Source: a virus. From it: a stretch of DNA of 64,000 bases. The DNA lies in IMG/VR virus record IMGVR_UViG_3300037297_000195, positions 1 through 64,000 of that record. One strand, written 5' to 3'. A program made the position numbers and the translations under genes. Each line of letters begins with the position of its first letter. The first letter of the stretch is position 1. The notes below the pieces were generated by a model that worked only from the letters and a program-made list of their open reading frames with translations, had not been told where the DNA came from and made no database searches. Of this stretch, positions 53,233 to 62,250 are shown one piece after another.

Positions 53233-54266
53233 AACAACCTCTTTCCTCCCATTTTTTGGGCTTTAATTAAATTTCTTATTGCAGTGATATAATAACTTTT
53301 CTTTAGCTCAATCCCGATAAATTTTCTCCCCATTTTAATTGATTCATATCCTTCAGAACCAATACCGGCAAATGGGCTTAACACAATATCCCCCGGATTT
53401 GTCCAATAATGCAAACATCTTGCAATTGCTTGTAATTGAAGCGGCGCAATATGGCGTTCATCTTTTTTGTCTCTTGCTATTCTAATATTCAAAGTATCAG
53501 TCTGATCAATATCCATCCATACCGGATCTGCATAACGCCTAAAAACTTTTTGGCTATATCTATTTTTACCTTGTATATCATTTTTACTTTCAATCGGCTC
53601 TGGATCACTCCCAACATAATATTCAAAACCTCTACCATGAGAAACCGGCTCTAGGTTATCTCCCGGCTTTCTAAATGTCAGAATTTCATCCATAAATCCA
53701 TGATTACACCTGGCCGAATCTTTCACTAATTGTTTGTGCATTAATCCTAATGCTTTTGTTCGAACTGCCTGAATAAGCGGATCTTTCCAAATACCAACTT
53801 TTGAGTGGTATATGAAGTTTTGTTTTTCAAATAATCGAACAATCATGCCCGGAAAATCCTTAAGGCCAATCACTCCATCTTTCGCTAAACTCATTAACAC
53901 TATACTGCAATGAACACTCACTAATCTTCCAGGCATGATTACCCGAAATAATTCTGAAATTAAGTATTCGAAATGTTCGTAAAATTCACTATCTGTTTTT
54001 GAATTCCCCATATCCCTTTCATTGTCTGAATAAACATAAAGGGAAAGAAATGGAGGGGAAAATATTGAATAGTGGATTGAATTAGAAGGAATTCCTTTGA
54101 TAACTTCAACACAATCCCCTTGATATAAAGACCAGTTATCAGTTATTTTTTGGGAAATAACCTTAACATTTTTATCGTGTTTTTTGTGTTCAATATCAAA
54201 TAATTTTGCTTTTGCCTCAATTAATTTTGAACGGTAGAATTCAATTTCATCATAAATTTCTTGCAT
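53229..54266 (-). CDS. DNA methyltransferase, N6_N4 (beta-class) family, SPPF motif suggests N4-cytosine specificity
   Basis: Motif IV IFSPPF lies upstream of motif I DIVLSPFAGIGSEGYESIKMGRKFIGIEL. Confidence 0.75.
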   Translation of the reverse strand: MQEIYDEIEFYRSKLIEAKAKLFDIEHKKHDKNVKVISQKITDNWSLYQGDCVEVIKGIPSNSIHYSIFSPPFLSLYVYSDNERDMGNSKTDSEFYEHFEYLISELFRVIMPGRLVSVHCSIVLMSLAKDGVIGLKDFPGMIVRLFEKQNFIYHSKVGIWKDPLIQAVRTKALGLMHKQLVKDSARCNHGFMDEILTFRKPGDNLEPVSHGRGFEYYVGSDPEPIESKNDIQGKNRYSQKVFRRYADPVWMDIDQTDTLNIRIARDKKDERHIAPLQLQAIARCLHYWTNPGDIVLSPFAGIGSEGYESIKMGRKFIGIELKKSYYITAIRNLIKAQKMGGKRLL

Positions 54267-54275
54267 GTTAATTTC

Positions 54276-55433
54276 CTATCTTTTGTAATACCATTTATCC
54301 CAGTCCTTATCTGTCAAAAAACATTTTCCGTTTTTATTTAAAACGCTATCCTTGCTTTTAATCCAACTTTCAAATGTTTTATCCCCTCTATTATATCCAA
54401 ATGTTTGTCCCCAGTTTGAAAAAGCCTTTATTAAATTTTTAGTCCAATATTTGCCAACATAATCAAGTTTTTTATAAGTTTGATTCAATGGCCGATATCT
54501 CATTAGATATGGATTGTTTTTATACCTCCATGCTTGTTGTGCTCTATAATAAGCCTCTTGAGGGGTATCGTTAAAATTGAATAAAACATATGTATAAGAA
54601 TTCCCACTTATTCTAAATCCAACTTTTTGCATTAATTCCATTGCTTTTTGATAATGACCATCATCTGACATCCGATCAAAAGCCGTTCTAAATCCATGTC
54701 TAATATAAGATAAAGATGCTAATAATTTAGCATTTTCTTTATTAATTAATTTACAATCAACCCCATTATTAAAAATAACTTTCTTCTTTCTTTCATTCAA
54801 AAGATTGATTACGTTTTTAACGTGTTCTGAAGGCGACACTAAAAAATTATTATCAGAAACAACGCATACTTCTCTATCTGATTCAATAATATTTTTATCC
54901 CAATTTTCAAGAATGTGGAATTTAGGTTCCATTCTCCATACCATACAATAGCCGCATTTATTTGGGCAGCCCCTTGTGGTAAATAGTGTTATGCAATTAT
55001 TGAAAAAGCCTTTTATGTTATAATCCAGCGAATAATCTGGCAAATATGAATCAATAATATCAGAACAATTAACAAATACTTTTGCTCTTCTCGTATTCTT
55101 AATTATATACTCCGGCATTAAAGAGGCAAAAATACCGCCAACCAGGATATCAACATCTTTCAAAAATAAACTTCTTTCAATTTCATTAATTGTTTTTAAA
55201 ACAGTTTTGGCATCATTAGTAAAACAAGTTGACACACATATTAAATCCAATTCTTCTTGATATCTTGGGTAATTGTCAAAATAAACTTCTTTGCCATGAT
55301 CTTTTAAAAAGGACGATATTTTAGCTAAACCAAGAGGAATATAAACCCTTCGATATGGTGGTTCGATAAGTTGAACTTTTTTTGATTTTTTCAACCTATC
55401 TATTAATTGGTTTTCATCAATTAGCCTGCCCAT
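54276..55433 (-). CDS. radical SAM enzyme with N-terminal B12-binding-like domain
   Basis: TTRGCPNKCGYCMVW is CxxxCxxC. N-terminal VQLIEPPYRRVYIPLGLAKISSFLKDHGKEV resembles the Rossmann-like domain of class B radical SAM enzymes. Confidence 0.7.
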   Translation of the reverse strand: MGRLIDENQLIDRLKKSKKVQLIEPPYRRVYIPLGLAKISSFLKDHGKEVYFDNYPRYQEELDLICVSTCFTNDAKTVLKTINEIERSLFLKDVDILVGGIFASLMPEYIIKNTRRAKVFVNCSDIIDSYLPDYSLDYNIKGFFNNCITLFTTRGCPNKCGYCMVWRMEPKFHILENWDKNIIESDREVCVVSDNNFLVSPSEHVKNVINLLNERKKKVIFNNGVDCKLINKENAKLLASLSYIRHGFRTAFDRMSDDGHYQKAMELMQKVGFRISGNSYTYVLFNFNDTPQEAYYRAQQAWRYKNNPYLMRYRPLNQTYKKLDYVGKYWTKNLIKAFSNWGQTFGYNRGDKTFESWIKSKDSVLNKNGKCFLTDKDWDKWYYKR

Positions 55434-55474
55434 CCCGGTAATACCATCCTTTCTATTTCATTAATTAGATTCAT

Positions 55475-55663
55475 TTATCTATTCCTTGCAACAACATCTA
55501 ACCCATTTTCTTCTGCCCATTCAAGTAAATTTTGATAATCTTTAATTAGCTCTTCTATCAAATCGGCAGCAGCTAATCTTGCCTCTTTTGCTTTATTATA
55601 CCCTTGTCCATACGGATTTCTTAATATTGCTAATAACTTTTTAGTATCACATTTTAAATCCAT
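55475..55663 (-). CDS. hypothetical protein
   Basis: 62-aa helical ORF that overlaps the end of the SNF2 gene. Confidence 0.4.
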   Translation of the reverse strand: MDLKCDTKKLLAILRNPYGQGYNKAKEARLAAADLIEELIKDYQNLLEWAEENGLDVVARNR

Positions 55664-57042
55664 CCCGGCAATACCATCCTTTCTTCGGCTTCATATTTTT
55701 TTGTTCCAGAAATCTTTTCCCCTAAATTATGTCTCGTTATATCGACCGTATATTTAACCATATTTCTCAGCATTGATTGAGCCATTCTATCTTTCCTTTT
55801 GACATTTTCCAGAACTTTCCCTTCTCTTTCCTCAATCACGATATGGGCTTCTACCGGCCTTTTCTGCCCAAAACGCCATACCCTTCGTGTTGATTGAAAT
55901 AACTGTTCAAAGGAATCATTTAGGCCAACATAGATTATTTTGTTGCAGTTTTGCCAGTTCATTCCATGCCCACATATGCCCGCCTTGCTGATAAGTCTTT
56001 TGACTTTTCCTTCACTAAATCTGAGCATATATTTCGCCTTGGTTTCATTCGATTGACTTCCGGTAACCTCTTTCCCATCATTAATTAATTTTGCTAATAA
56101 TTCACTTTCTCCATTCAACCCGCACCAAATAATCCATTGATCATTGTCTGAATTAACTATTTCAGCCGCTTTCTCGCATCGAACTTTAATCGTTTCTCTT
56201 CTGACTCTTAGTCTTTCAGATAATGTTTCGGCTTTTTGAACAAAAAATCCACCACCTGTATTAGTGGCCGGGATAATATGTTCAATATAGTTTAATGGAG
56301 GTAAATCATATCCATCTTGTTCAAAACCAATATCCTTTGGGTGAGCAAACATAACCGCCCAGGAACATAACCATTCCCAAAAATCGCTTTCCTTGGCATG
56401 TTTTTTTAATCTCCATTGGCCCACATCCGAAGGATCGTTAACGAAAAACATAGAAAGCATTTCGGTATAGGTCATCACTCCAAGATATTCGGCGTGATTC
56501 CCTAATTCCATCTCGTCATTTGGAGACGGAGTAGCAGAACAAGCAAGGCGATAAAGGGTATAGAAAAATGCTTCTATAATTTTATTTCTTATTACCCCTG
56601 CCATGTTTTTAAGTATAGAACATTCATCTAGGCAAACTGCAATAAACCTTTTTGAATTAATTTTATGAAGTTTTTCATAGTTGATTATATTGATCCCATT
56701 AATCACATCTTTATCTGATGTAATCACCTTGCATTCAATCCCAAGTTTTTGTTTAGTGTATCCGAACTTTTCTCCCTCCCGTTTAGTCTGTTCCGATACC
56801 GCCAAAGGAGCGACGATTAAGACCGGTTCATTTTCTTTTTTGTTTATTTGGCGGCACCATTCCAATTGTTGAATTGTTTTCCCACATCCGGTTCCTTCAA
56901 ACAGACAAGCCCTTCCTTTCCTTAATGCCCATCTAACAATGGCTTTTTGAAATGGGAATAGTTTGGGGTTAATCTCATCAGGTTCAAATCCGATTGACTC
57001 GAAATAGATTTGTTTCTGTTTTAGGAATTCTTGATATTTCAT
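55654..57042 (-). CDS. SNF2/DEAD-like superfamily-2 helicase
   Basis: EGTGCGKT (motif I), VCLDECS (II), CSATPSPND (III), and GHGMNWQ...FQSTRRVWRFGQKRPV (V/VI). Confidence 0.85.
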   Translation of the reverse strand: MKYQEFLKQKQIYFESIGFEPDEINPKLFPFQKAIVRWALRKGRACLFEGTGCGKTIQQLEWCRQINKKENEPVLIVAPLAVSEQTKREGEKFGYTKQKLGIECKVITSDKDVINGINIINYEKLHKINSKRFIAVCLDECSILKNMAGVIRNKIIEAFFYTLYRLACSATPSPNDEMELGNHAEYLGVMTYTEMLSMFFVNDPSDVGQWRLKKHAKESDFWEWLCSWAVMFAHPKDIGFEQDGYDLPPLNYIEHIIPATNTGGGFFVQKAETLSERLRVRRETIKVRCEKAAEIVNSDNDQWIIWCGLNGESELLAKLINDGKEVTGSQSNETKAKYMLRFSEGKVKRLISKAGICGHGMNWQNCNKIIYVGLNDSFEQLFQSTRRVWRFGQKRPVEAHIVIEEREGKVLENVKRKDRMAQSMLRNMVKYTVDITRHNLGEKISGTKKYEAEERMVLPGWI

Positions 57043-57123
57043 TTTTTAAACTTGATACAAATGAAAAACTAAAAGTTCAAAATAATCTTGCAACAAAACA
57101 TTATATTTCCAAATGGTCATCAT

Positions 57124-57228
57124 TTAATCCACTTCCTTTCCCCTTTCGATCGCTTTACCAATCAAAACGCCAGTGCCAATACATGTTAAAACGCCGAATA
57201 CCAATAAGATAAATTCTGTGATAGTCAT
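57124..57228 (-). CDS. 34-aa membrane mini-protein
   Basis: AAAGGA RBS. Sequence MTITEFILLVFGVLTCIGTGVLIGKAIERGKEVD. Confidence 0.3.
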   Translation of the reverse strand: MTITEFILLVFGVLTCIGTGVLIGKAIERGKEVD

Positions 57229-57262
57229 TTTTTAATCCTTTCCTGGATCAGTATTATACTGA

Positions 57263-57520
57263 TTAATTTATATCATTCCCATAAGCATCAGTTCCATTAT
57301 AATCATCTACATCCCAATGTGTATCGTCAGGTATATAAATTTTAAGTTTTGTTTTCCAGTGACTATTTTGGGCGTCCCTTTTATTTATTTCTTGCTTGCA
57401 AGCGAAATAGATTTCAGGAAAATCATTTCTGGTATTTTCTCTTGAGAGAAACCAATATAAGTAATTAGATGAAAGTTTATTTATTGGAGTCCCTTTATGT
57501 AATCCAAATGGCATTTTCAC
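57263..57520 (-). CDS. DUF3820-like protein
   Basis: MPFGLHKGTPINKLSSNYLYWFL matches the PFGK.kG..l.dlP..YL.W pattern. Confidence 0.5.
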   Translation of the reverse strand: MKMPFGLHKGTPINKLSSNYLYWFLSRENTRNDFPEIYFACKQEINKRDAQNSHWKTKLKIYIPDDTHWDVDDYNGTDAYGNDIN

Positions 57521-57525
57521 TTATT

Positions 57526-58527
57526 TCACTTCCCCTTCAAAGAGATTACATAAACCCAATCATCCCCCTTAAACTTGATGATATCATCAGACAAGGCGCA
57601 ATCCCTTGTTTTTAACAGGATATCTTTCATCAGAATTGGGGAGATGAGAAACGATATCGGATCACCTCGGAATAGGATTTTATCCTTTTCCCTAAACCAA
57701 GTTCCGTCACGATTAATAGATAGTTTAACCTCTTTTTTGTTAACAGAAATTTCTGCCAAGTCCGTTTCATCACGAGCGAATATAATAGCCTTGTCCAAAA
57801 TAGCCAAAAAATTTGTATTAAATTTAAGCTTATTGTTTGCCTCAAACGCTACGACCTTGTCAATATCGTGGTATTTTCCTTTCATAATCAGAAGCCGGAC
57901 AGAAATAATTGTCCCATCTTCCGTATTAAAATAAGCCCAATCTCTGGTATCATTGAAATCGATACCAGTTAGTTTAAACGCCTTTAATTGTTTCAGTTGG
58001 GAATAGGGGATTAACATTTCAAAACCTGTTTTATCCCCTTTAACCATGGCCACCCTATAGTGGTCAGTAGCCTCAATTTCCCCTGTTTCTCGAACATGAA
58101 TACAGCCGTATTCATCGTCCCGTTTTGGAGCGCAGGAAAATGAAACGAAAAAGAGATTGGATAGAAAATTTTCAGGCAATTCTTTCCAATTAAAATCCCT
58201 TGAAAAATGATCGATGGGAATCAATATTTCTTTTTCAAGAGGGAAACCAGCTTCAGCTTTACCGGCAATAACTCGTAATTCCCCTTTTTCTTCCTCCATT
58301 TCAAGTTCATCTGTTTTGATTTTATTGATGAACTTGAGGAAATCATCACCTTGAACTACACCTGTAATGTCGTGTTCAATTTCTTCCATAATGGTCAAAA
58401 AACCATTGTGAGTAATGATTTTATTTTCATGGAATATGAACACACCTGATTGAGCCGCCAATTGACTTGCTTTGCTCAAGGCCGCTTTAAGCCTATTTAA
58501 TGCCTGTTGTAGTTGTTTTGTATTCAT
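57526..58527 (-). CDS. sliding clamp candidate (DnaN-like)
   Basis: 333 aa from ATG 58527 (ATGA overlap). The size is compatible with three domains, and LQQALNRLKAALSK..., ELRVIAGKAEAGFPL resemble clamp N-domain features. The phage also encodes DnaE and a clamp loader. Confidence 0.45.
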   Translation of the reverse strand: MNTKQLQQALNRLKAALSKASQLAAQSGVFIFHENKIITHNGFLTIMEEIEHDITGVVQGDDFLKFINKIKTDELEMEEEKGELRVIAGKAEAGFPLEKEILIPIDHFSRDFNWKELPENFLSNLFFVSFSCAPKRDDEYGCIHVRETGEIEATDHYRVAMVKGDKTGFEMLIPYSQLKQLKAFKLTGIDFNDTRDWAYFNTEDGTIISVRLLIMKGKYHDIDKVVAFEANNKLKFNTNFLAILDKAIIFARDETDLAEISVNKKEVKLSINRDGTWFREKDKILFRGDPISFLISPILMKDILLKTRDCALSDDIIKFKGDDWVYVISLKGK

Positions 58528-58751
58528 GTTGTGCAAAACTCCAAAATTCTTCTCTCCTCGTTTTCCCAATTTTTATCATGCCATTCCTTAATGGCTTCTT
58601 TTGAATTACAATAATGTCCCCATGCATTATACCAACATTTTTCTGATATTTGATCAACACATCCAAAATGTTTACATCCCTTTTGTTTTGAAATATCATT
58701 AGGATATTTACAATAAAAACCACAAAAACCATTTATTGCATTTTCTTTCAT
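58524..58751 (-). CDS. Cys-rich mini-protein
   Basis: 75 aa with 6 Cys. Confidence 0.4.
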   Translation of the reverse strand: MKENAINGFCGFYCKYPNDISKQKGCKHFGCVDQISEKCWYNAWGHYCNSKEAIKEWHDKNWENEERRILEFCTT

Positions 58752-58969
58752 ATTTTAATTCCCACCTTTCCATAAGTTTCTTTTAATTCCCAATCACAAT
58801 CCCCATTTCTACATGAGTATCTTGCAATGACAAACTCAAACGTTATTGACGGACATCCTTCAAATTTCAATTGTCCGCCGCATTTTGGGCAAACAGGAGG
58901 GACAGACCCAAAAATGAATAACAATGGATCGTAAATTTTGCTTCCAATATCGCTCATTTTTTCGGTCAT
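58748..58969 (-). CDS. zinc-ribbon mini-protein
   Basis: CPKCGG...CRNGDC pattern. Confidence 0.45.
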   Translation of the reverse strand: MTEKMSDIGSKIYDPLLFIFGSVPPVCPKCGGQLKFEGCPSITFEFVIARYSCRNGDCDWELKETYGKVGIKI

Positions 58970-59637
58970 TATTTATTTTTCTTTCTGAATCCATCTTCAT
59001 CGGTTTCAACAGGAGCCATCAAAATTTTGGTTTTCTTATCAACAATAGCGCTTAAAGATTTCTTTACTTGGGACATAACAACCCTGGTAGATGATTCGTT
59101 GCCGGGGAATTTTGCCATGGTTTTTTGAAAAATTTGTTCAGATGTGTGTTTGCTCTCTCTGATTAAATTTTCGATAAAAGAACGTTTCGAATTCGGATCT
59201 TTTGCCCGACCTTGCCCTTTTTTCCTCGGTTTTTTTTCGGCAGGTTCGGATTTTTCCTCTTTGGAAGCAGGGTTATTTTCTTCCCGTTTCTTTAACTCTT
59301 CTTTTGTATATCCAACTTTTTTTCCCTTATTAGCCCTATACCCAAACATTTTTTTAAGGCCATTGGGAATATCATTAGGAGGGACAATTTCCTTCAAAAC
59401 CGCCATGGTTTCATCGGAAAAATTATCCTCACGGTGCATATGTTTTTTGACAAATTCAATTATAAACTCAGACACTTTTTCAATTGCGTCTACCAGATCT
59501 GGTTTTTTTGTGCTCGCCGGTTTAACAACAATTTTATCTTCAATGAACAATTCGATTTCAGCAGCAGCCAAGTTGTATCGTTTTAGTTTATCCTTCAGCA
59601 TCTTCCAAATTTCAATACCACTCATTTTTTCAGGCAT
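58969..59637 (-). CDS. Lys-rich hypothetical protein
   Basis: 222 aa, with a central KKREENNPASKEEKSEPAEKKPRKKGQGRAK basic region. Confidence 0.5.
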   Translation of the reverse strand: MPEKMSGIEIWKMLKDKLKRYNLAAAEIELFIEDKIVVKPASTKKPDLVDAIEKVSEFIIEFVKKHMHREDNFSDETMAVLKEIVPPNDIPNGLKKMFGYRANKGKKVGYTKEELKKREENNPASKEEKSEPAEKKPRKKGQGRAKDPNSKRSFIENLIRESKHTSEQIFQKTMAKFPGNESSTRVVMSQVKKSLSAIVDKKTKILMAPVETDEDGFRKKNK

Positions 59638-60041
59638 TATTTATTTTCTCCTTGTAGTCTTTCATATTTTTCAATAAAGCTGTCTATTGCTTCAACAGGA
59701 TCATCAAGTTTCTCGAAGACATATTTGTTTTCGAGTGTTTGGGCTTCTCTTTTTGCTTTCTCACAGAAATTTTCAACTTCAATTTTTCTTTGGTTATTTC
59801 TCCCTTCAATTTCATCAAGGCCATCAAATTCGAAAAAATCGAATAGTTGATCCATGCCCCAAGGGCAATCATTTTTTTCAAATTTTTCGATCTTGAATCG
59901 AGCTTTCCCATTTAAAATTTGGGAAACCTTTTCCTCATTTGTCATTTCCTCATACTGAACTTTATCCTTAATGATCGATGTGACATGTTTTAACGCCACT
60001 TGAATTTTACGATTGAAAAAGTTAATTTGAGTCTGATTCAT
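59637..60041 (-). CDS. hypothetical protein
   Basis: The track's TTG start at 60131 would read through the terminator hairpin. ATG 60041 (MNQTQINFF) after GGGAGAATGGG is preferred. Confidence 0.5.
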   Translation of the reverse strand: MNQTQINFFNRKIQVALKHVTSIIKDKVQYEEMTNEEKVSQILNGKARFKIEKFEKNDCPWGMDQLFDFFEFDGLDEIEGRNNQRKIEVENFCEKAKREAQTLENKYVFEKLDDPVEAIDSFIEKYERLQGENK

Positions 60042-60074
60042 CCCATTCTCCCATTGTATTAATTTTAGTTTTTT

Positions 60075-60110
60075 TACAAAAAGAAAGCCCGCCCATATAT
60101 TGAGCGGGCT
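60075..60110 (-). terminator. intrinsic terminator ending the large ncRNA unit
   Basis: Minus strand AGCCCGC-11 nt loop-GCGGGCU (60104-60110/60086-60092), followed by UUUCUUUUUGU. Confidence 0.7.
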
Positions 60111-60893
60111 GTGTAACCAGAGAAAAATCAAGATACTTTTTTAATTTAATTATTACCGGCCTTTTTCATCCCTGCCTACCTCAGAGAAGGGCCGAACATT
60201 TTCTTTCCTCCCGGCGTTTCGCCATCCGGCGTTTCACCATTTACATTTTTAGTTAATTTACAGGCTCAAGCAGAAACTGAACTTGAGCGGCTAATATCAC
60301 CAAGAAAATGTAACCCTGTTTTTCGTCTTACATACATTAATACAATCAACTTAAGGACAGGTGAGCGAATAAACAGGGAAAAATCGCTCGGGGAAAATGC
60401 TGGACTACCAGCGTCATTCTTAACCCTGAAATCGGTCCAGGGGCGCGGCGCTTTTTAGACCGGAAAAGCTAAACCGTCTCTATCCGCGCTTTGGGTCGGT
60501 TTTTATCGCGGTGTGCCGTTCCGCATTAATTAAATGATGGAGTAGGCATTAAATGTTTGCCGATCAACCGTCACTCCATCAAGACTAATCGACCAGCATT
60601 TGCGAGTTTCCAGGCATACTATCTTCTATTGGGCAGCCATCTTGACCGTTTTGAACTCGCTAAAACCAACGAATCAGATAGCCCAGATTAATTTAGGTCT
60701 CACCAACGCTGGCTCCACCGAGTTAACAGCTTCTACGCCATACCATCTCAACCTAAACAATCTCGCGGTCTCCCTACGGCGTTAGGCCTTCGACCGACTT
60801 TCCGATTGCCCCTTCCCAATCTTTCGGGATGATATCTCCACGCGGGCAATCGACCGAGAGAGTTGACTGGCGGCATCGTTGCGGCCCCCTCTC
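60078..60893 (-). ncRNA. candidate giant (~0.8 kb) structured non-coding RNA, family unassigned
   Basis: G+C is 52-55% against 37-38% in the flanks (hand counts of 60-nt lines). There is no ORF with an RBS. It has its own promoter-motif copy and terminator, and many perfect 7-10-bp helices plus a pseudoknot candidate (listed in findings). Confidence 0.6.
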
Positions 60894-60896
60894 ACC

Positions 60897-60927
60897 CCTA
60901 TTATATCCAAAAATATTAAAAATCTGC
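60897..60927 (-). promoter_or_regulatory. conserved promoter-like 31-mer, copy 3
   Basis: Minus strand GCAGATTTTTAATATTTTTGGATATAATAGG, with TATAAT at 60900-60905. It points into the ORF-free GC-rich region. Confidence 0.55.
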
Positions 60928-60972
60928 AAAGTTTTTTTAATTTTTTCAAACTTTTTTGTTTTCCCATTAATA

Positions 60973-62250
60973 TTAATCACTTCCATCATGGGTTTCTACC
61001 CAACGAATCCGATCTTTTTTGGTTTCCAGCCGCATTTTGAATGATTCAACAGCGGATCCAGGGGCTAAATTCCGGGCCTTGATAAATGAGATCCAGATAT
61101 CATCCTCTTGACTTCCTCCACTCCGAGTCATGGAGATTACCACATCCATGGCATCTTCGTGGCTACTTGTTCCCCGCTGAGCCTTTTTATTCTTTCCGGC
61201 ATGGTGAACAATAATTACAGCCAACCCTAAATGTCTTAGGGTAATCAGCCATTGGTTAATCATATCCCAATCATTTTTGTTATTTTCGTCCCTACCAGGC
61301 GTTAATGCCGAAAGATTATCAAAAATAACTGTTTTAATTTTCGGATTACCCGCAATATATTGATAAATTGAATCCCTCCATTCCTGGTTTGTAAGGTTCA
61401 ATTGCTTTCTTAATTCTCTGGCTATTCGGTTAGAACTTAAAATATAAAGCGGATTTTTTAGATCCTCCCTTAACCCATGGCTTAGTAATTTAAGGCGTTC
61501 TTGCATTTCCCATTCAGGCATCTCTCCGTCAATATAAAGCACTCCTGACGGGCTTTTAATCTGCCATGGGCCTATTTCATAATCCATCCATTCATGACGT
61601 GTTAGGCCGACCGCCAAGGCCAGACAAAGCCATGTTTTGCCTATTCCTGATGGAGCATAAATCATGTTTAATCTACTAAGATTTAACCATGGTCGGACTA
61701 ATCGTCTTGGTTTATGTAATTTCTCCCTGATAAATTTGGTCGAGAGAATGGATGTGTCTTTGATTTCTTCGATTAACGTATTTTGGCCAATGGGTTTGAT
61801 GCCTTTTAGAGCTTGTTCGGCTTCGTCGAACTTGCCTTTTTCTATTAATTCCTGTGCTGTTTCGGATGCTTCCCTAATTTGACATTTCCGAAAATATTCT
61901 ACGGTTCGATTGTATTCAAATATAGGATCAAAATCATTTTCACTTGATTCATATTTACCGTTTATGTTCTGTAATATTAAATTTATTTCTTCTATTTCTT
62001 CTTGAGTGTTCGCCTCTCTTTCCTGGAAACTTTCAAATAATGCCTTAATTTTTGTCTTTGGGGATTCTGAATATTCCGAATAATATTTCAAACAAAGGTT
62101 AATTATTTTATTAATTCCAGATGATCGAACAAAATTAGGATTGTGAATTTTACCATAGGTTTTAACAAATTCATCACTGACAATACATCCGATCAGGATA
62201 TTTTGTTCGATCAATGCCCAGTCAGGTTTTTTTAGTGTTAGTTCTGGCAT
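60973..62250 (-). CDS. DnaB/RepA-like replicative helicase (RecA-fold, AAA_25-type)
   Basis: The N-terminal LIEQNILIGCIVSDEFV is DnaB-N-like. Walker A YAPSGIGKTWLCLALAV, Walker B VIFDNLSAL, and IVHHAGKN. Confidence 0.65.
   Translation of the reverse strand: MPELTLKKPDWALIEQNILIGCIVSDEFVKTYGKIHNPNFVRSSGINKIINLCLKYYSEYSESPKTKIKALFESFQEREANTQEEIEEINLILQNINGKYESSENDFDPIFEYNRTVEYFRKCQIREASETAQELIEKGKFDEAEQALKGIKPIGQNTLIEEIKDTSILSTKFIREKLHKPRRLVRPWLNLSRLNMIYAPSGIGKTWLCLALAVGLTRHEWMDYEIGPWQIKSPSGVLYIDGEMPEWEMQERLKLLSHGLREDLKNPLYILSSNRIARELRKQLNLTNQEWRDSIYQYIAGNPKIKTVIFDNLSALTPGRDENNKNDWDMINQWLITLRHLGLAVIIVHHAGKNKKAQRGTSSHEDAMDVVISMTRSGGSQEDDIWISFIKARNLAPGSAVESFKMRLETKKDRIRWVETHDGSD

Noticed and set aside
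60199-60214. CCGGGAGGAAAGAAAA in the RNA resembles the RNase P CR-I element GAGGAAAGUCC
   Set aside because: Only the 8-nt core matches. It lies at the 3' end of the unit rather than the 5' third. Other universally conserved RNase P elements (for example ACAGAAnnCGGCUUA) are absent.
60764-60775. AGGGAGACCGCG in the RNA resembles a cobalamin-riboswitch B12 box. This is tempting because a B12-type radical SAM gene is nearby.
   Set aside because: The match breaks at the conserved GCC part of the box. The element is not upstream of any gene, and the unit is four times the size of a cobalamin riboswitch.
60600-61044. Four 61-71-aa ORFs from the track inside or overlapping the GC-rich region (60600..60785, 60774..60989, 60782..60967, 60829..61044)
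   Set aside because: They have non-ATG or unsupported starts and no SD sequence. They cross the promoter motif or the helicase stop, and are mutually overlapping on both strands. Their length is what is expected by chance in ~50% G+C sequence.
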